A DNA stretch of 59,657 bases, the filler included. It is 9 parts of 9 records of this genome, joined end to end, with 100 filler letters (N's around TTAATTAATTAA, not from the genome) between each part and the next. Parts side by side here need not be neighbours in the genome. Positions count along the whole stretch, not along the records: positions 40,717 to 47,019 come from SRR31156797_78917; positions 47,120 to 53,497 come from SRR31156797_78942; 7 more parts are not named here. The stretch is one strand, 5' to 3'. The position numbers and the translations under genes were made by a program. Of this stretch, positions 40,841-49,107 are shown one piece after another. Under the pieces are notes generated by a model. The model saw only the letters and a list, made by a program, of their open reading frames with translations. It was not told where the DNA came from and did not search any database. Positions within the stretch are counted from its first letter, which is position 1. Each line of letters starts with the position of its first letter.

Positions 40841-41416
40841 ATGAAGGCCAGATTGGCGGTTTTGCTGTTGTGCACGGTCGGCGTCGGTGTGGGTTGTGCG
40901 ACGAGGCCTCAGTCAATCGCGTCACAGAATTACCTCTCGGCCCAGGTAGAGGAAACGATCGCGCTGTTCAAGATCAGAGATCCGGGCATCCAGGCATTCT
41001 TCGATGGGTCCTATGGCTGCGCCGTGCTGCCCAGAATTACGAAGGGTGCCCTGGTCGTCGGCGGGGCCCACGGCAAGGGCGAGGTCTTCAGCGGCGGCGT
41101 GAAGGTCGGTTACTGTAGCATGACCCAGGCCAGTATCGGCTTTTCCTTCGGGGGCGAGTATTTCCGCGAGATCGTCTTCTTCCGCGACAGGGTCGACTTG
41201 GACCGCTTCCGGATGGGCGACTTCACCTTCTCCGGGCAGGCAACCGCCGTGGCGCTAACAGCCGGTGCGGCAGCCAAGAGCGACTATGAGTATGGCATGG
41301 CGGTATTCATCATGCCCGATTCAGGCCTGATGGTCGATGCCTCCATCGCGGGCCAGAAGTTCAACTACGATCCGGCTTTCACGATGCGCGAAGAGCCACC
41401 GACCATATTGCCCTAG
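40841..41416 (+). CDS. YSC84/SYLF-like lipoprotein
   Basis: Lipobox VGC, KGALVVGGAHGKG, QASIGFSFGG, GLMVDASIAGQKF. Confidence 0.8.
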   Translation: MKARLAVLLLCTVGVGVGCATRPQSIASQNYLSAQVEETIALFKIRDPGIQAFFDGSYGCAVLPRITKGALVVGGAHGKGEVFSGGVKVGYCSMTQASIGFSFGGEYFREIVFFRDRVDLDRFRMGDFTFSGQATAVALTAGAAAKSDYEYGMAVFIMPDSGLMVDASIAGQKFNYDPAFTMREEPPTILP

Positions 41417-41447
41417 CGGACGACGCCGGAAAGAACCGTTTGCTGGT

Positions 41448-41915
41448 ATGTTGAGATCGGCCAAGACACGAAGCCAGTGCACCTGCGACCGAAGAACCTC
41501 CCTCCTCGGCCTCGCAGGCTTGGCGATTGTCGGTTTGCTGGCTGGATGCACCGCGCCATCACCTCAGGTCCGTGAGAGACCAACGGTCGTCATCACCGTG
41601 CGCAACAATTCGGGCGTCGATCTGCGCACGGTTTCGCTGCGCGGTTTGGCCCGGGCGGACGGTCAGGCTGACTCGTTCGGAACGATTTCACCAGTACCGC
41701 GCGGGACCTCACAGATACTCGGAAGACGCTCGGCGGCGTTTCCTCTGCCCAGCATTGTCGAGATCGCTTGGACTGATGAGCGCGATCGGAGTTACACCCG
41801 CAAGATCGCGCTGGAGCGGCTCCTGCAAAAGGTTGCTGACACGAGTCGAAAGGCACTGGTCCTCGAGATCCGTCCCGATGGGGAGTTGGTGGCCTACGAG
41901 CAGGACCGCGTTTGA
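41448..41915 (+). CDS. Hypothetical lipoprotein
   Basis: Hydrophobic stretch ending LLAGC followed by a beta-rich domain; start uncertain. Confidence 0.55.
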   Translation: MLRSAKTRSQCTCDRRTSLLGLAGLAIVGLLAGCTAPSPQVRERPTVVITVRNNSGVDLRTVSLRGLARADGQADSFGTISPVPRGTSQILGRRSAAFPLPSIVEIAWTDERDRSYTRKIALERLLQKVADTSRKALVLEIRPDGELVAYEQDRV

Positions 41916-41926
41916 CGGATGACTCG

Positions 41927-42268
41927 TTACGAACGGGCCACATCCACCCAGAACTGACCGACGGCTTTGTAGAACGTCAGGACGGACAGGATCGCACAGT
42001 GGCGATGCTCCGGCGGCAATTGGGGCAATTCATCGAGTACGTACTTCGCATTGATCGATAGCGCTTCGGGCAGCGTCTTGCCCTCGACGTATTGCGCTAC
42101 CGTCCGGCCACAGAGCTTGGTGAACTCGCAGCCATCGGTGTAGTAGCGGACCTTGCGGATCGCATCTTCCTCGATCACCAGGTAGAACTCCACGGTATCC
42201 CCGCACGGGCCGGTGTGCCAAGCCCCAGCGGAGGGATCCGTCATACGTCCATAGTACTCATCTGCCAC
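41927..42268 (-). CDS. IscU/NifU-N-like Fe-S scaffold family protein
   Basis: GPCGDT, DGC, HCA: the three U-type Cys motifs. Confidence 0.85.
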   Translation of the reverse strand: MADEYYGRMTDPSAGAWHTGPCGDTVEFYLVIEEDAIRKVRYYTDGCEFTKLCGRTVAQYVEGKTLPEALSINAKYVLDELPQLPPEHRHCAILSVLTFYKAVGQFWVDVARS

Positions 42269-42519
42269 GATTCAATCCTCGCTGTCTGAATTCGCCAGAA
42301 CGCGGGTCCATGCGCTGCCCAAACCAGTCGAAATGATTGCTGTCCGGCGCATTCTACGGCCTCATCCTGACATTCGCAATGCCGTCTTTGAATTGCACTG
42401 TCCAGCAGACAGCGCTTGGCTGTGAGCAATCGATGGCATATACTGGCAGCTCAGAGAGGCCGCTTGATGAGAGGCATCTTCCTGCAGGCAAGCATGGGGC
42501 GAAAGTGAGGACCGATACA

Positions 42520-43410
42520 ATGGCGCAGAATCAGCCCATGGCATTCAACGGACGTGCTTTCATTTCTACCCTGATGGGAGTCTCTTTCATCGGGATGTGC
42601 ATCACCGGGATCATTCTCTTCGTCGTGCCGCCGGGGCGCATCGCCAACTGGACCGGTTGGACGATCTTCGGCCTGACCAAACATCAGTGGCAAGGACTGC
42701 ACGTTTGGCTGAGTCTGGTGTTCATGGTCGCCGCGTGTGTCCATACGATCTTCAATTGGCACTGCCTGCTGAGCTATTTCAAGAGCAACGTCAAGAAGAC
42801 ACTGGCTCTGCGCTGGGAGTGGGTCTTGTCGCTCGTCGTCTGCGGTGGCGTCCTGCTGGGGACGCTGGCCAACGTCGCCCCATTTTCCAGTCTGATGGCC
42901 TGGAACGAAACGATCAAACACAGTTGGGACGACGGCCCGCAACGCGCGCCGATCCCGCACGCGGAACTCCTGACGCTGACGGAACTGACTGAGCATGTTG
43001 ACGGCATGACAACCGAGATGATTCTCGCCAACCTCCGCGCTCACGGGATCACCGTCGATTCGCCCGAGCAAATCGTTGGTGACCTGGCCGCCGCACACAA
43101 CCTCACGCCGGACCAGTTGTACCGGATCGCGATCGGCCAGACGCAAGGCGGGCGCGGTCACGGAGGCGGCGCTGGACAAGGAGCCGGCCGAGGTATGGGA
43201 GCAGGGCAGCACGGCGGAGGCGGGAGTGGCGGGCGCGGCTTGGGGCGTATGACACTGGCGCAATACTGCGACCAAGCCGGCATCGAAACCAAGACCGCCC
43301 TCAACAAACTCCGCCAAGCGGGACTAACGGCAACCGAAACCATGACCCTCCGTGATATCGCCGACTCCGGAAACCTCCACCCATCAGCCGTCGGCGATCT
43401 GCTCAAATGA
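42520..43410 (+). CDS. DUF4405-like membrane protein with Gly-rich linker
   Basis: TM segments with His (WQGLHVW, VHTIFNW), PPGRIANW, GGRGHGGGAGQGAGRG linker, duplicated small helical domains. Confidence 0.7.
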   Translation: MAQNQPMAFNGRAFISTLMGVSFIGMCITGIILFVVPPGRIANWTGWTIFGLTKHQWQGLHVWLSLVFMVAACVHTIFNWHCLLSYFKSNVKKTLALRWEWVLSLVVCGGVLLGTLANVAPFSSLMAWNETIKHSWDDGPQRAPIPHAELLTLTELTEHVDGMTTEMILANLRAHGITVDSPEQIVGDLAAAHNLTPDQLYRIAIGQTQGGRGHGGGAGQGAGRGMGAGQHGGGGSGGRGLGRMTLAQYCDQAGIETKTALNKLRQAGLTATETMTLRDIADSGNLHPSAVGDLLK

Positions 43411-43552
43411 GCGTGATGCCCTTCTTCTTACGAAGATCGAGACGATGGAAGGCACTTTCGTCGCCGAGGCCAGCTATGTGCCTGAAGGTTCGTTCTGACG
43501 CCTGGAAGGCGAAAAAGAACACTCTAATGAAGTTGTCAAAGAGCGATAGGGA

Positions 43553-44002
43553 TCATGCCGGAGACACACGTGGGCGCAGCTCGGCGCTGGCGGCGCGCTC
43601 TTTCATGATCCACGCATAGGCTTCGGGGTCTCCATCGCGGGCGTGCGGGTCGAACTTGATCTGCTGTTTCATCAGGGCCATCCGCCTTCGGCGCGGGAAG
43701 ATCGTACGGACGATCTGCCAAAACTGCCTGGATGTGACAACATTCAAAACACGTTCCGACTTGGGTGCCTTCTGCATGGCTGCTCTCCGCAGTTCGCGGG
43801 CGAGGGCCTGCACCTTGCCAATTCTGGGTCGGGCCGGGTCGTCGCGGATGTGGTGCCGACGGACCGCCTCGGTCAAGGTCGTGACATCATAGCGATTGAG
43901 CGCCTCGAACCAGTCGCCCAGGACGCAGCGGTTGACCTCCCACATGGGCCAGCGGGTTTGAACCTGTTCGCGAAACCACTCCAGGAATTCACGCTTGTTC
44001 AT
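43553..44002 (-). CDS. Hypothetical protein, possible phage helicase loader/inhibitor (G39P-like)
   Basis: ATG 44002 (MNKREFLEWF) overlaps upstream gene by 14 nt, GGAGGAG upstream; pattern WFEALNRYD...AV...P.I; position after replication initiator. Confidence 0.45.
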   Translation of the reverse strand: MNKREFLEWFREQVQTRWPMWEVNRCVLGDWFEALNRYDVTTLTEAVRRHHIRDDPARPRIGKVQALARELRRAAMQKAPKSERVLNVVTSRQFWQIVRTIFPRRRRMALMKQQIKFDPHARDGDPEAYAWIMKERAASAELRPRVSPA

Positions 44003-44555
44003 CGGATAGGAACTCCTCCTGGGCCTGGGCCAGCGCCGCCGCAGCCCGGTCGCGGTCCATCTCGGCAAACGTCTTGGAGAAACGCGAAGCAAAACGAGCC
44101 AGGGGGCCCTTTCCCTTCTTCTCGTTCTTCTCTTCTTGTCTATCGTGTTGCGCTTCCGTCATCTGGGCCGTCTCGGCCGCGTGGCGCCCGTAGTGAGCGG
44201 GATTCTGGTAACGCTCGTATTGACAGATGGTTATGATCAACCCGCGCGTAGTCCGTCGCGTCTCGATCATGTTTCGCCGGCGGTATCGCTCAAGTGCACG
44301 CCAGACGGCCGCCTTGCTCGGCGTACGCAACGAGCGGCCCGCGCGATGAGATAGCGCCCGCCGCATTTCGGGAATCGTCGCGAGGAGTTGCCCTCGTCGC
44401 AGCCGGCCGTGCGCGGTGTCGCCATCCTTGTGATTGGCCCGACAGTTCAGCCAGGTCCAGAGAACACGGTCCAGCAGCGGCGCCTCGTCGAGCACATCGA
44501 GAAAGTCTCTCGGATACAGGATGTAGCCACCCGGAATGTGAAGATTGGCTTTCAT
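43989..44555 (-). CDS. Phage-type replication initiator-like protein (wHTH)
   Basis: GGYILYPR...W.WL..RANHKD...RGQ...MI......G.IITICQY..YQ pattern of phage replication proteins; basic KNEKKGK patch. Confidence 0.6.
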   Translation of the reverse strand: MKANLHIPGGYILYPRDFLDVLDEAPLLDRVLWTWLNCRANHKDGDTAHGRLRRGQLLATIPEMRRALSHRAGRSLRTPSKAAVWRALERYRRRNMIETRRTTRGLIITICQYERYQNPAHYGRHAAETAQMTEAQHDRQEEKNEKKGKGPLARFASRFSKTFAEMDRDRAAAALAQAQEEFLSDEQA

Positions 44556-45187
44556 GCGCTCATCTCGTGATCTGTTTGCGTGACATAGCGCGTCGCGATG
44601 TCGGTCAGTGCGGCTGCCCGCCTGGCGGCTCGGGTCTTGGTCGTCGACTCCATGGCAGCCTGATTCACCGCTTCCTCGATCATCTCCTGCTGCGCCGCGC
44701 TCACGAAGAAGACGAGGGGGATCGCAAAAGCTCTCGCCTTCTGTTGTCGCACCCGTGCCAACGGCGCACGGCCGGTGAGGCGCTCCAACTGGCCCTTCGT
44801 TTGGGGTAAGAGTTTCGCCAGTTCCCGGGCGGGATGTTTGGTTGTGAGCCGGCGCAGGATCGCCAGCTTGCGATCGAGGATGTCACGCCCTGAGAGACGG
44901 TTGAGCGTGGCCAGCAGAATGTCGGTCTGCTCATCGCTCACATTCCAAACCACCGCTTGTGCCGTCGTATGGTTGAGCTTCTTGAGCGCGGCGCAACGGT
45001 GATGCCCATTGATGATCTGAAAGCAGCCTTGTCTGTGCGGATGTCGGCGCACCACCAGCGGCTCGTAGCATTCCGTTCGCTTAATGTGGCGCATCAGCTT
45101 GCCGAAGTTCGCCCGGCTCATTCGGTTGGGATTCTCCGGATGCGGAATCAGTTTCTCAAGCGAGATGTGTCGAATCTTCGACTTCAT
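44552..45187 (-). CDS. ParB/Srx N-terminal domain protein
   Basis: LIPHPENPN, EPLVVR, FQIINGHHR, LNRLSG; no obvious ParB HTH. Confidence 0.85.
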   Translation of the reverse strand: MKSKIRHISLEKLIPHPENPNRMSRANFGKLMRHIKRTECYEPLVVRRHPHRQGCFQIINGHHRCAALKKLNHTTAQAVVWNVSDEQTDILLATLNRLSGRDILDRKLAILRRLTTKHPARELAKLLPQTKGQLERLTGRAPLARVRQQKARAFAIPLVFFVSAAQQEMIEEAVNQAAMESTTKTRAARRAAALTDIATRYVTQTDHEMSA

Positions 45188-45930
45188 GGGATCGTCACCT
45201 CCAATTCAGGGTGGAACCAGATGTAGTAAGCCGGGCGCTGGGTCAGCTTGTTGAGGATGTAGCGTGTTCGTTCCAGGCCTGCGGGCATGGCACGTCGCGT
45301 GCCGTGGCTCTTAAGGAACTGCTCGATGCGTGTCTCCAGAAAGTCAACGGCGGGCCAGCCCAGCGCGTCGAGGTGCTTCTGCACAGCGTCAGAATCGATG
45401 AGTTGATCGGCCTCAATGCCGACGGTGCTGAAGGCCTCGACGAGTTGAACGTGGGCAACCGGCGTGCGGGGTGCGAAGGCCTGCATCCCGGCTCGCTCCA
45501 GAAACGGATTGACCTGAGGCATCACGCCCAGCGCCTCGATGATGGGGACCTCCATCCGAGGCATGGTCTCGCGCACCAGGCGGGTGGCCAGGCCGATCCC
45601 TCGAAAGCGAGGCTCGATGATGAGCCTCGCGATACATCGGATGTTCCGATTGATCAATGCCAATTGCGTCTGCTTGTCCAACTCGGCGAAGGCGCCGTCG
45701 GTTGCGACCGTACGCAGCTCGACGCGCGGATTGGGCGCGCAGTAGACAATCACGCCGGCCGGCCCCGCGCCCAGCATCCCACGCGGCGTCTTGGGCTTGA
45801 GCGCAAAGACCGCCTTGATCGCAACGGGCTTCTCCTCACGATAATGATACGGCGCGAGCACTTTGTAGTCGGCCAGATCGCCTTGGCTAATCTCAAGCTT
45901 TCTGTGCAGCGAGCACGTGGACATGGTCAT
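45184..45930 (-). CDS. GNAT-fold acyltransferase (COG2401/Mom-like)
   Basis: YHYR, IARLIIEPRFRGIGLA (acyl-CoA motif A), EALGVMPQVNPFLERAGM. Confidence 0.75.
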   Translation of the reverse strand: MTMSTCSLHRKLEISQGDLADYKVLAPYHYREEKPVAIKAVFALKPKTPRGMLGAGPAGVIVYCAPNPRVELRTVATDGAFAELDKQTQLALINRNIRCIARLIIEPRFRGIGLATRLVRETMPRMEVPIIEALGVMPQVNPFLERAGMQAFAPRTPVAHVQLVEAFSTVGIEADQLIDSDAVQKHLDALGWPAVDFLETRIEQFLKSHGTRRAMPAGLERTRYILNKLTQRPAYYIWFHPELEVTIP

Positions 45931-46571
45931 CTCCTGTTCTTGTAGATCACGTCGGCCGGGCCGGAGAAATCTTTGACCACGAGAACATCGGGGGCCAGGT
46001 CGACCAGGATGTCATCGCGGCTGGAGGCCAGGACGAATGTTGTGCCGGTCCGCTTGGCGAACTTGTGAATGTTGAAGGCCACCGTCGCAGCGGTGATGCG
46101 ATCCAGCTCCGAACAGAATTCATCGGCGAAAATGAATTCCTTCCCGGTCGCGAGCGCCTGGGCCAGGCGAAAGCGATACTTTTGTCCTTCGCTGAGACGG
46201 CTCGGCCGGTTCAGGACGGCAAAGACCTCACTGAGACCAACGACGCTCAATGTCTTCAAGGACGTTACGATGTCGGTCTCGAAGCAATCGATCACCATTC
46301 GACTCGTCGGCAGCGCGATGCTGGCCAGATTCACCCGTTGCGACGTCGGCACCGCGGCCTCCAACTCACGAAGCAAGACGCTCTTGCCTGAGCCGGAAGG
46401 CCCGGTGAGGTAGACGATGTTACCGGGGTTGATCTCGAGGCGGCACCGGTGTGTGGGGACCCGGTCAGCCAACCGGTCCGTCGTCAGGCCAAACATCCGG
46501 CACACCTGCACACCCTTGTCACTGAGTGGCCCTTGCCAAGGAAAGCGTTTCGATACGCTGTAAGTTGTCAT
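45927..46571 (-). CDS. Stand-alone ABC-type ATPase (COG2401 ATPase-like)
   Basis: Walker A GPSGSGKS, signature LSEGQKYR, Walker B FIFADEF, LDRITA; no permease adjacent. Confidence 0.85.
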   Translation of the reverse strand: MTTYSVSKRFPWQGPLSDKGVQVCRMFGLTTDRLADRVPTHRCRLEINPGNIVYLTGPSGSGKSVLLRELEAAVPTSQRVNLASIALPTSRMVIDCFETDIVTSLKTLSVVGLSEVFAVLNRPSRLSEGQKYRFRLAQALATGKEFIFADEFCSELDRITAATVAFNIHKFAKRTGTTFVLASSRDDILVDLAPDVLVVKDFSGPADVIYKNRR

Positions 46572-47019
46572 GAGTAGCTCACCTCATCATCTTTCCGCCC
46601 ACATGACGGGGTCGCGGCAGCGACAAGCTTCCTGGCTTTCAAGACCGTCGTCCGCACGCGGTAGTAGCTCGTGTTGCGGTTGCGGCCGATCCGGGCGAAC
46701 GACAGCCCGCGCAGGAAATGATCTCTAAGGATGGCCAGTTCGGGCCCACTGAACGCGGATCTATTCTCCAGACACACCGAGTAGGTCTCGTCGATGAGTC
46801 GCCGGACGATCTTCCGGATGCGCCGGATCACCGTGCTCGGGTTGGCCCCGATCAGCCGGGCGATCTGGCGGTAGCTGTGCCCATCCTCGAGATAGAGCGT
46901 CATGAGCAGCCGGTCTTCGCCGGCCAGCAGCGGGGCCCTCAGTCTCAGCATCTCCGCATAGCCCTGCCGGGTCGGATCTTCTTCCGCCAATGGTGCCGTG
47001 GAATACGCTCGCTTCGCAT
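46568..47019 (-). CDS. Sigma-70 region 4-like double-HTH DNA-binding protein (possibly 5'-truncated)
   Basis: DRLLMTLYLEDGHSYRQIARLIGANPSTVIRRI and ILRDHFLRGLSFARIGRNRNTSYYRVR; frame open to contig edge. Confidence 0.7.
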
Positions 47020-47119
47020 NNNNNNNNNNNNNNNNNNNNNNNNNNNNNNNNNNNNNNNNNNNNTTAATTAATTAANNNNNNNNNNNNNNNNNNNNNNNNN
47101 NNNNNNNNNNNNNNNNNNN
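47020..47119. other. Artificial contig linker
   Basis: N44-TTAATTAATTAA-N44. Confidence 0.98.
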
Positions 47120-47704
47120 TCCTCCGGTTCCCATGCTGAAGGCCGTATCGTCGGTAAGCAGATGGTCCGTTGGGTTGTCGATCACAAGGACTTCAAGCCC
47201 TCCATCAAAGAATCTGCTGCTGATCTCGCTAAAGAGCTCTACCAGCCCTGGTACACATACGAAGAGAACAAGGCCGGTTCCACCGATCCTGTTGTCAACC
47301 CTGCTTACATCACTCCCCACAACTTCATGATGCGCCTCATTAAGTGCACCGATGAATACGGTGGTGGTGTTGCTACTCTGTACATGACCTCCAAGGCTCT
47401 GCTGAACACCGGTTTCTGGTTGATCGGCATGATGGAAGAAGATTCCAAGAAGCTCGCAGCTCGTGATCTCCACGAACTGATGCGCTGCTGGGAACAGTTC
47501 CACCGCCTCTGGACCGTCCGTCTGCACATGCAGCACATCGAGTTCCGTGAAGAATCCCGTTACCCGGGCTTCTACTACCGCGGCGACTTCATGGGTCTGG
47601 ACGATTCCAAGTGGAAGTGCTTCTGTAACTCCAAGTACGATCCCGCCACTGGCGTGACTACTATCTTCAAGAAGCCTTACGTCAAGATCATCCCCGACGC
47701 CTAA
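47120..47704 (+). CDS. aprA: Adenylylsulfate reductase alpha subunit, C-terminus (5'-truncated)
   Basis: SSGSHAEGRI, DEYGGG, LHELMRCWE, FREESRYPGFYYR, WKCFCNSKY; upstream of qmoABC. Confidence 0.95.
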   Translation, partial: SSGSHAEGRIVGKQMVRWVVDHKDFKPSIKESAADLAKELYQPWYTYEENKAGSTDPVVNPAYITPHNFMMRLIKCTDEYGGGVATLYMTSKALLNTGFWLIGMMEEDSKKLAARDLHELMRCWEQFHRLWTVRLHMQHIEFREESRYPGFYYRGDFMGLDDSKWKCFCNSKYDPATGVTTIFKKPYVKIIPDA

Positions 47705-47725
47705 GCATTAGGTAATGATCACCCC

Positions 47726-47757
47726 GTGTCCGCGGGCCCCGGCCCGCGGACACTTTT
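47726..47757 (+). terminator. Intrinsic terminator/attenuator after aprA
   Basis: 12-bp stem GTGTCCGCGGGC-cccg-GCCCGCGGACAC followed by TTTT. Confidence 0.75.
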
Positions 47758-47772
47758 AAATGTCCGGGGCTG

Positions 47773-47828
47773 AAAATGGTCTGAATCCGGGCCGGGAACG
47801 GTCTCCCGGTCCGGGTTTAGGCCATTTT
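47773..47828 (+). promoter_or_regulatory. 25-bp RNA hairpin in the qmoA leader
   Basis: 47773-47797 pairs with 47804-47828 at all 25 positions, four of them G-U. Confidence 0.65.
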
Positions 47829-47868
47829 GTTGGCTGAGCCTCAACTTTATTCGGGAGGAATTAAGAGA

Positions 47869-49104
47869 ATGTCGAATAATAGTATTCTCGTTGTAGGCGG
47901 GGGGTTCGCAGGAATCACCGCCGCCCTCGAAGCTGCCGAAGTCGGCTACGAGGTGTACATCGTTGAAACTAATCCCTACATTGGTGGCAGGGTTGCACAG
48001 CTGAATCAGTATTTCCCCAAGCTGTGTCCTCCGTCCTGTGGTCTGGAGATTCAGTTTCAGCGGATTAAGAACAACCCAAATGTAAAGGTCATTACCATGG
48101 CCGATGTGACATCCGTTTCCGGCACTGCCGGCAACTATGATGTCAAAATCACGCAGCGTCCCCGCTTCGTGAACGAAAAATGTACTGCCTGCGGCGAGTG
48201 TGAGAAGGCAACTTCCACTCAGGTCGAGTCCGAATTTGATTTTGGTACCGGTACTCGCGGTCTGGCATACAAGACTCATCCCTTCATGTTCCCCATGCGC
48301 TACGTTGTGGATGCCGAGAATGCATCCGAGTCCGAGCTGGAAGCCATTAAAGCATCCTGTCCGTACGACGCAGTAGCTCTGGACGACGCTGCCAAGGAAA
48401 TTGATTTGGCTGTCGGCGCTATCGTTGTTGCGACTGGTTGGAAGCCTTACGATGTTTCCAAGCTGACCAACCTCGGCGGTGGTACCTTGAAGAATGTGGT
48501 CACCAACATGCAGTTCGAGCGTCTGTGTGCGCCCAACGGCCCAACTTCTGGCAAGATACAGCGTCCTTCTGACGGTGCAGAGCCCAAGAAGATCGCTTTT
48601 GTCCAGTGTGCCGGTTCTCGCGACCAGAATCACCTGAACTACTGTTCCTACATTTGCTGCATGGCTTCACTCAAGCATGTTCGCTATGTCCGTGAACGTT
48701 CTGACGCCAGCGCAACGATCTACTACATTGATCTGCGTACGCCTGGTCGTTACGACAAGTTCAAGTCCATTACCGAGGCCGATGAAAAACTCAGCTTGGT
48801 CAAGGGCAAGGTCGCTGACATTGTTGAAGACGCCCAAGGCAACCCAGTCGTCACTGTTGAAAATGCACTCACTGGTATTAAAACCGAAGAGACATTCGAC
48901 ATGGTCGTTCTGGCTACCGGCATGGAGCCCAGTTGTGCTGGTCTCAAGGCCCCGGCCGGAAGGATTGATGTTGACGGTTTCGTCATCGACGGCGAAGGAA
49001 TTATTGCCGCCGGTTGTGCCAAGCAGCCCTTTGACGTCATGAAGTCCGCCCAGTCCGGCACCGCTGCCGCGATGAAAGCGATTCAAACCGTGGTAGGGAG
49101 GTAA
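47869..49104 (+). CDS. qmoA: Quinone-modifying oxidoreductase subunit A (HdrA-like)
   Basis: VVGGGFAG, YFPKLCPPSCG, CTACGEC, CAGSRD...YCSYICC; GGGAGG RBS; after aprA. Confidence 0.95.
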   Translation: MSNNSILVVGGGFAGITAALEAAEVGYEVYIVETNPYIGGRVAQLNQYFPKLCPPSCGLEIQFQRIKNNPNVKVITMADVTSVSGTAGNYDVKITQRPRFVNEKCTACGECEKATSTQVESEFDFGTGTRGLAYKTHPFMFPMRYVVDAENASESELEAIKASCPYDAVALDDAAKEIDLAVGAIVVATGWKPYDVSKLTNLGGGTLKNVVTNMQFERLCAPNGPTSGKIQRPSDGAEPKKIAFVQCAGSRDQNHLNYCSYICCMASLKHVRYVRERSDASATIYYIDLRTPGRYDKFKSITEADEKLSLVKGKVADIVEDAQGNPVVTVENALTGIKTEETFDMVVLATGMEPSCAGLKAPAGRIDVDGFVIDGEGIIAAGCAKQPFDVMKSAQSGTAAAMKAIQTVVGR

Positions 49105-49107
49105 CCA

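Larger units (their letters stand above)
43553..47019 (-). mobile_element. Phage-derived (cryptic prophage-like) six-gene operon
   Basis: Four ATGA overlaps and one 14-nt overlap; phage-type initiator, ParB-N, GNAT, ATPase; no integrase or structural genes visible. Confidence 0.5.

Noticed and set aside
43140-43250. GGC/GGA-rich stretch as a tandem repeat
   Set aside because: Explained by a Gly-rich protein linker in the DUF4405-like gene.
44552-45187. Chromosome or plasmid partition (parABS) locus
   Set aside because: No ParA-type deviant Walker A gene, no obvious ParB HTH and no parS palindrome seen.
45927-46571. Annotating the ATPase as an ABC transporter subunit
   Set aside because: No permease or binding protein in the operon; DEF Walker B and coupling to a GNAT fit the COG2401 type better.
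46718-47536. ORFs that run into or start within N linkers
   Set aside because: Artefacts of translating through Ns; the same applies at the other junctions.
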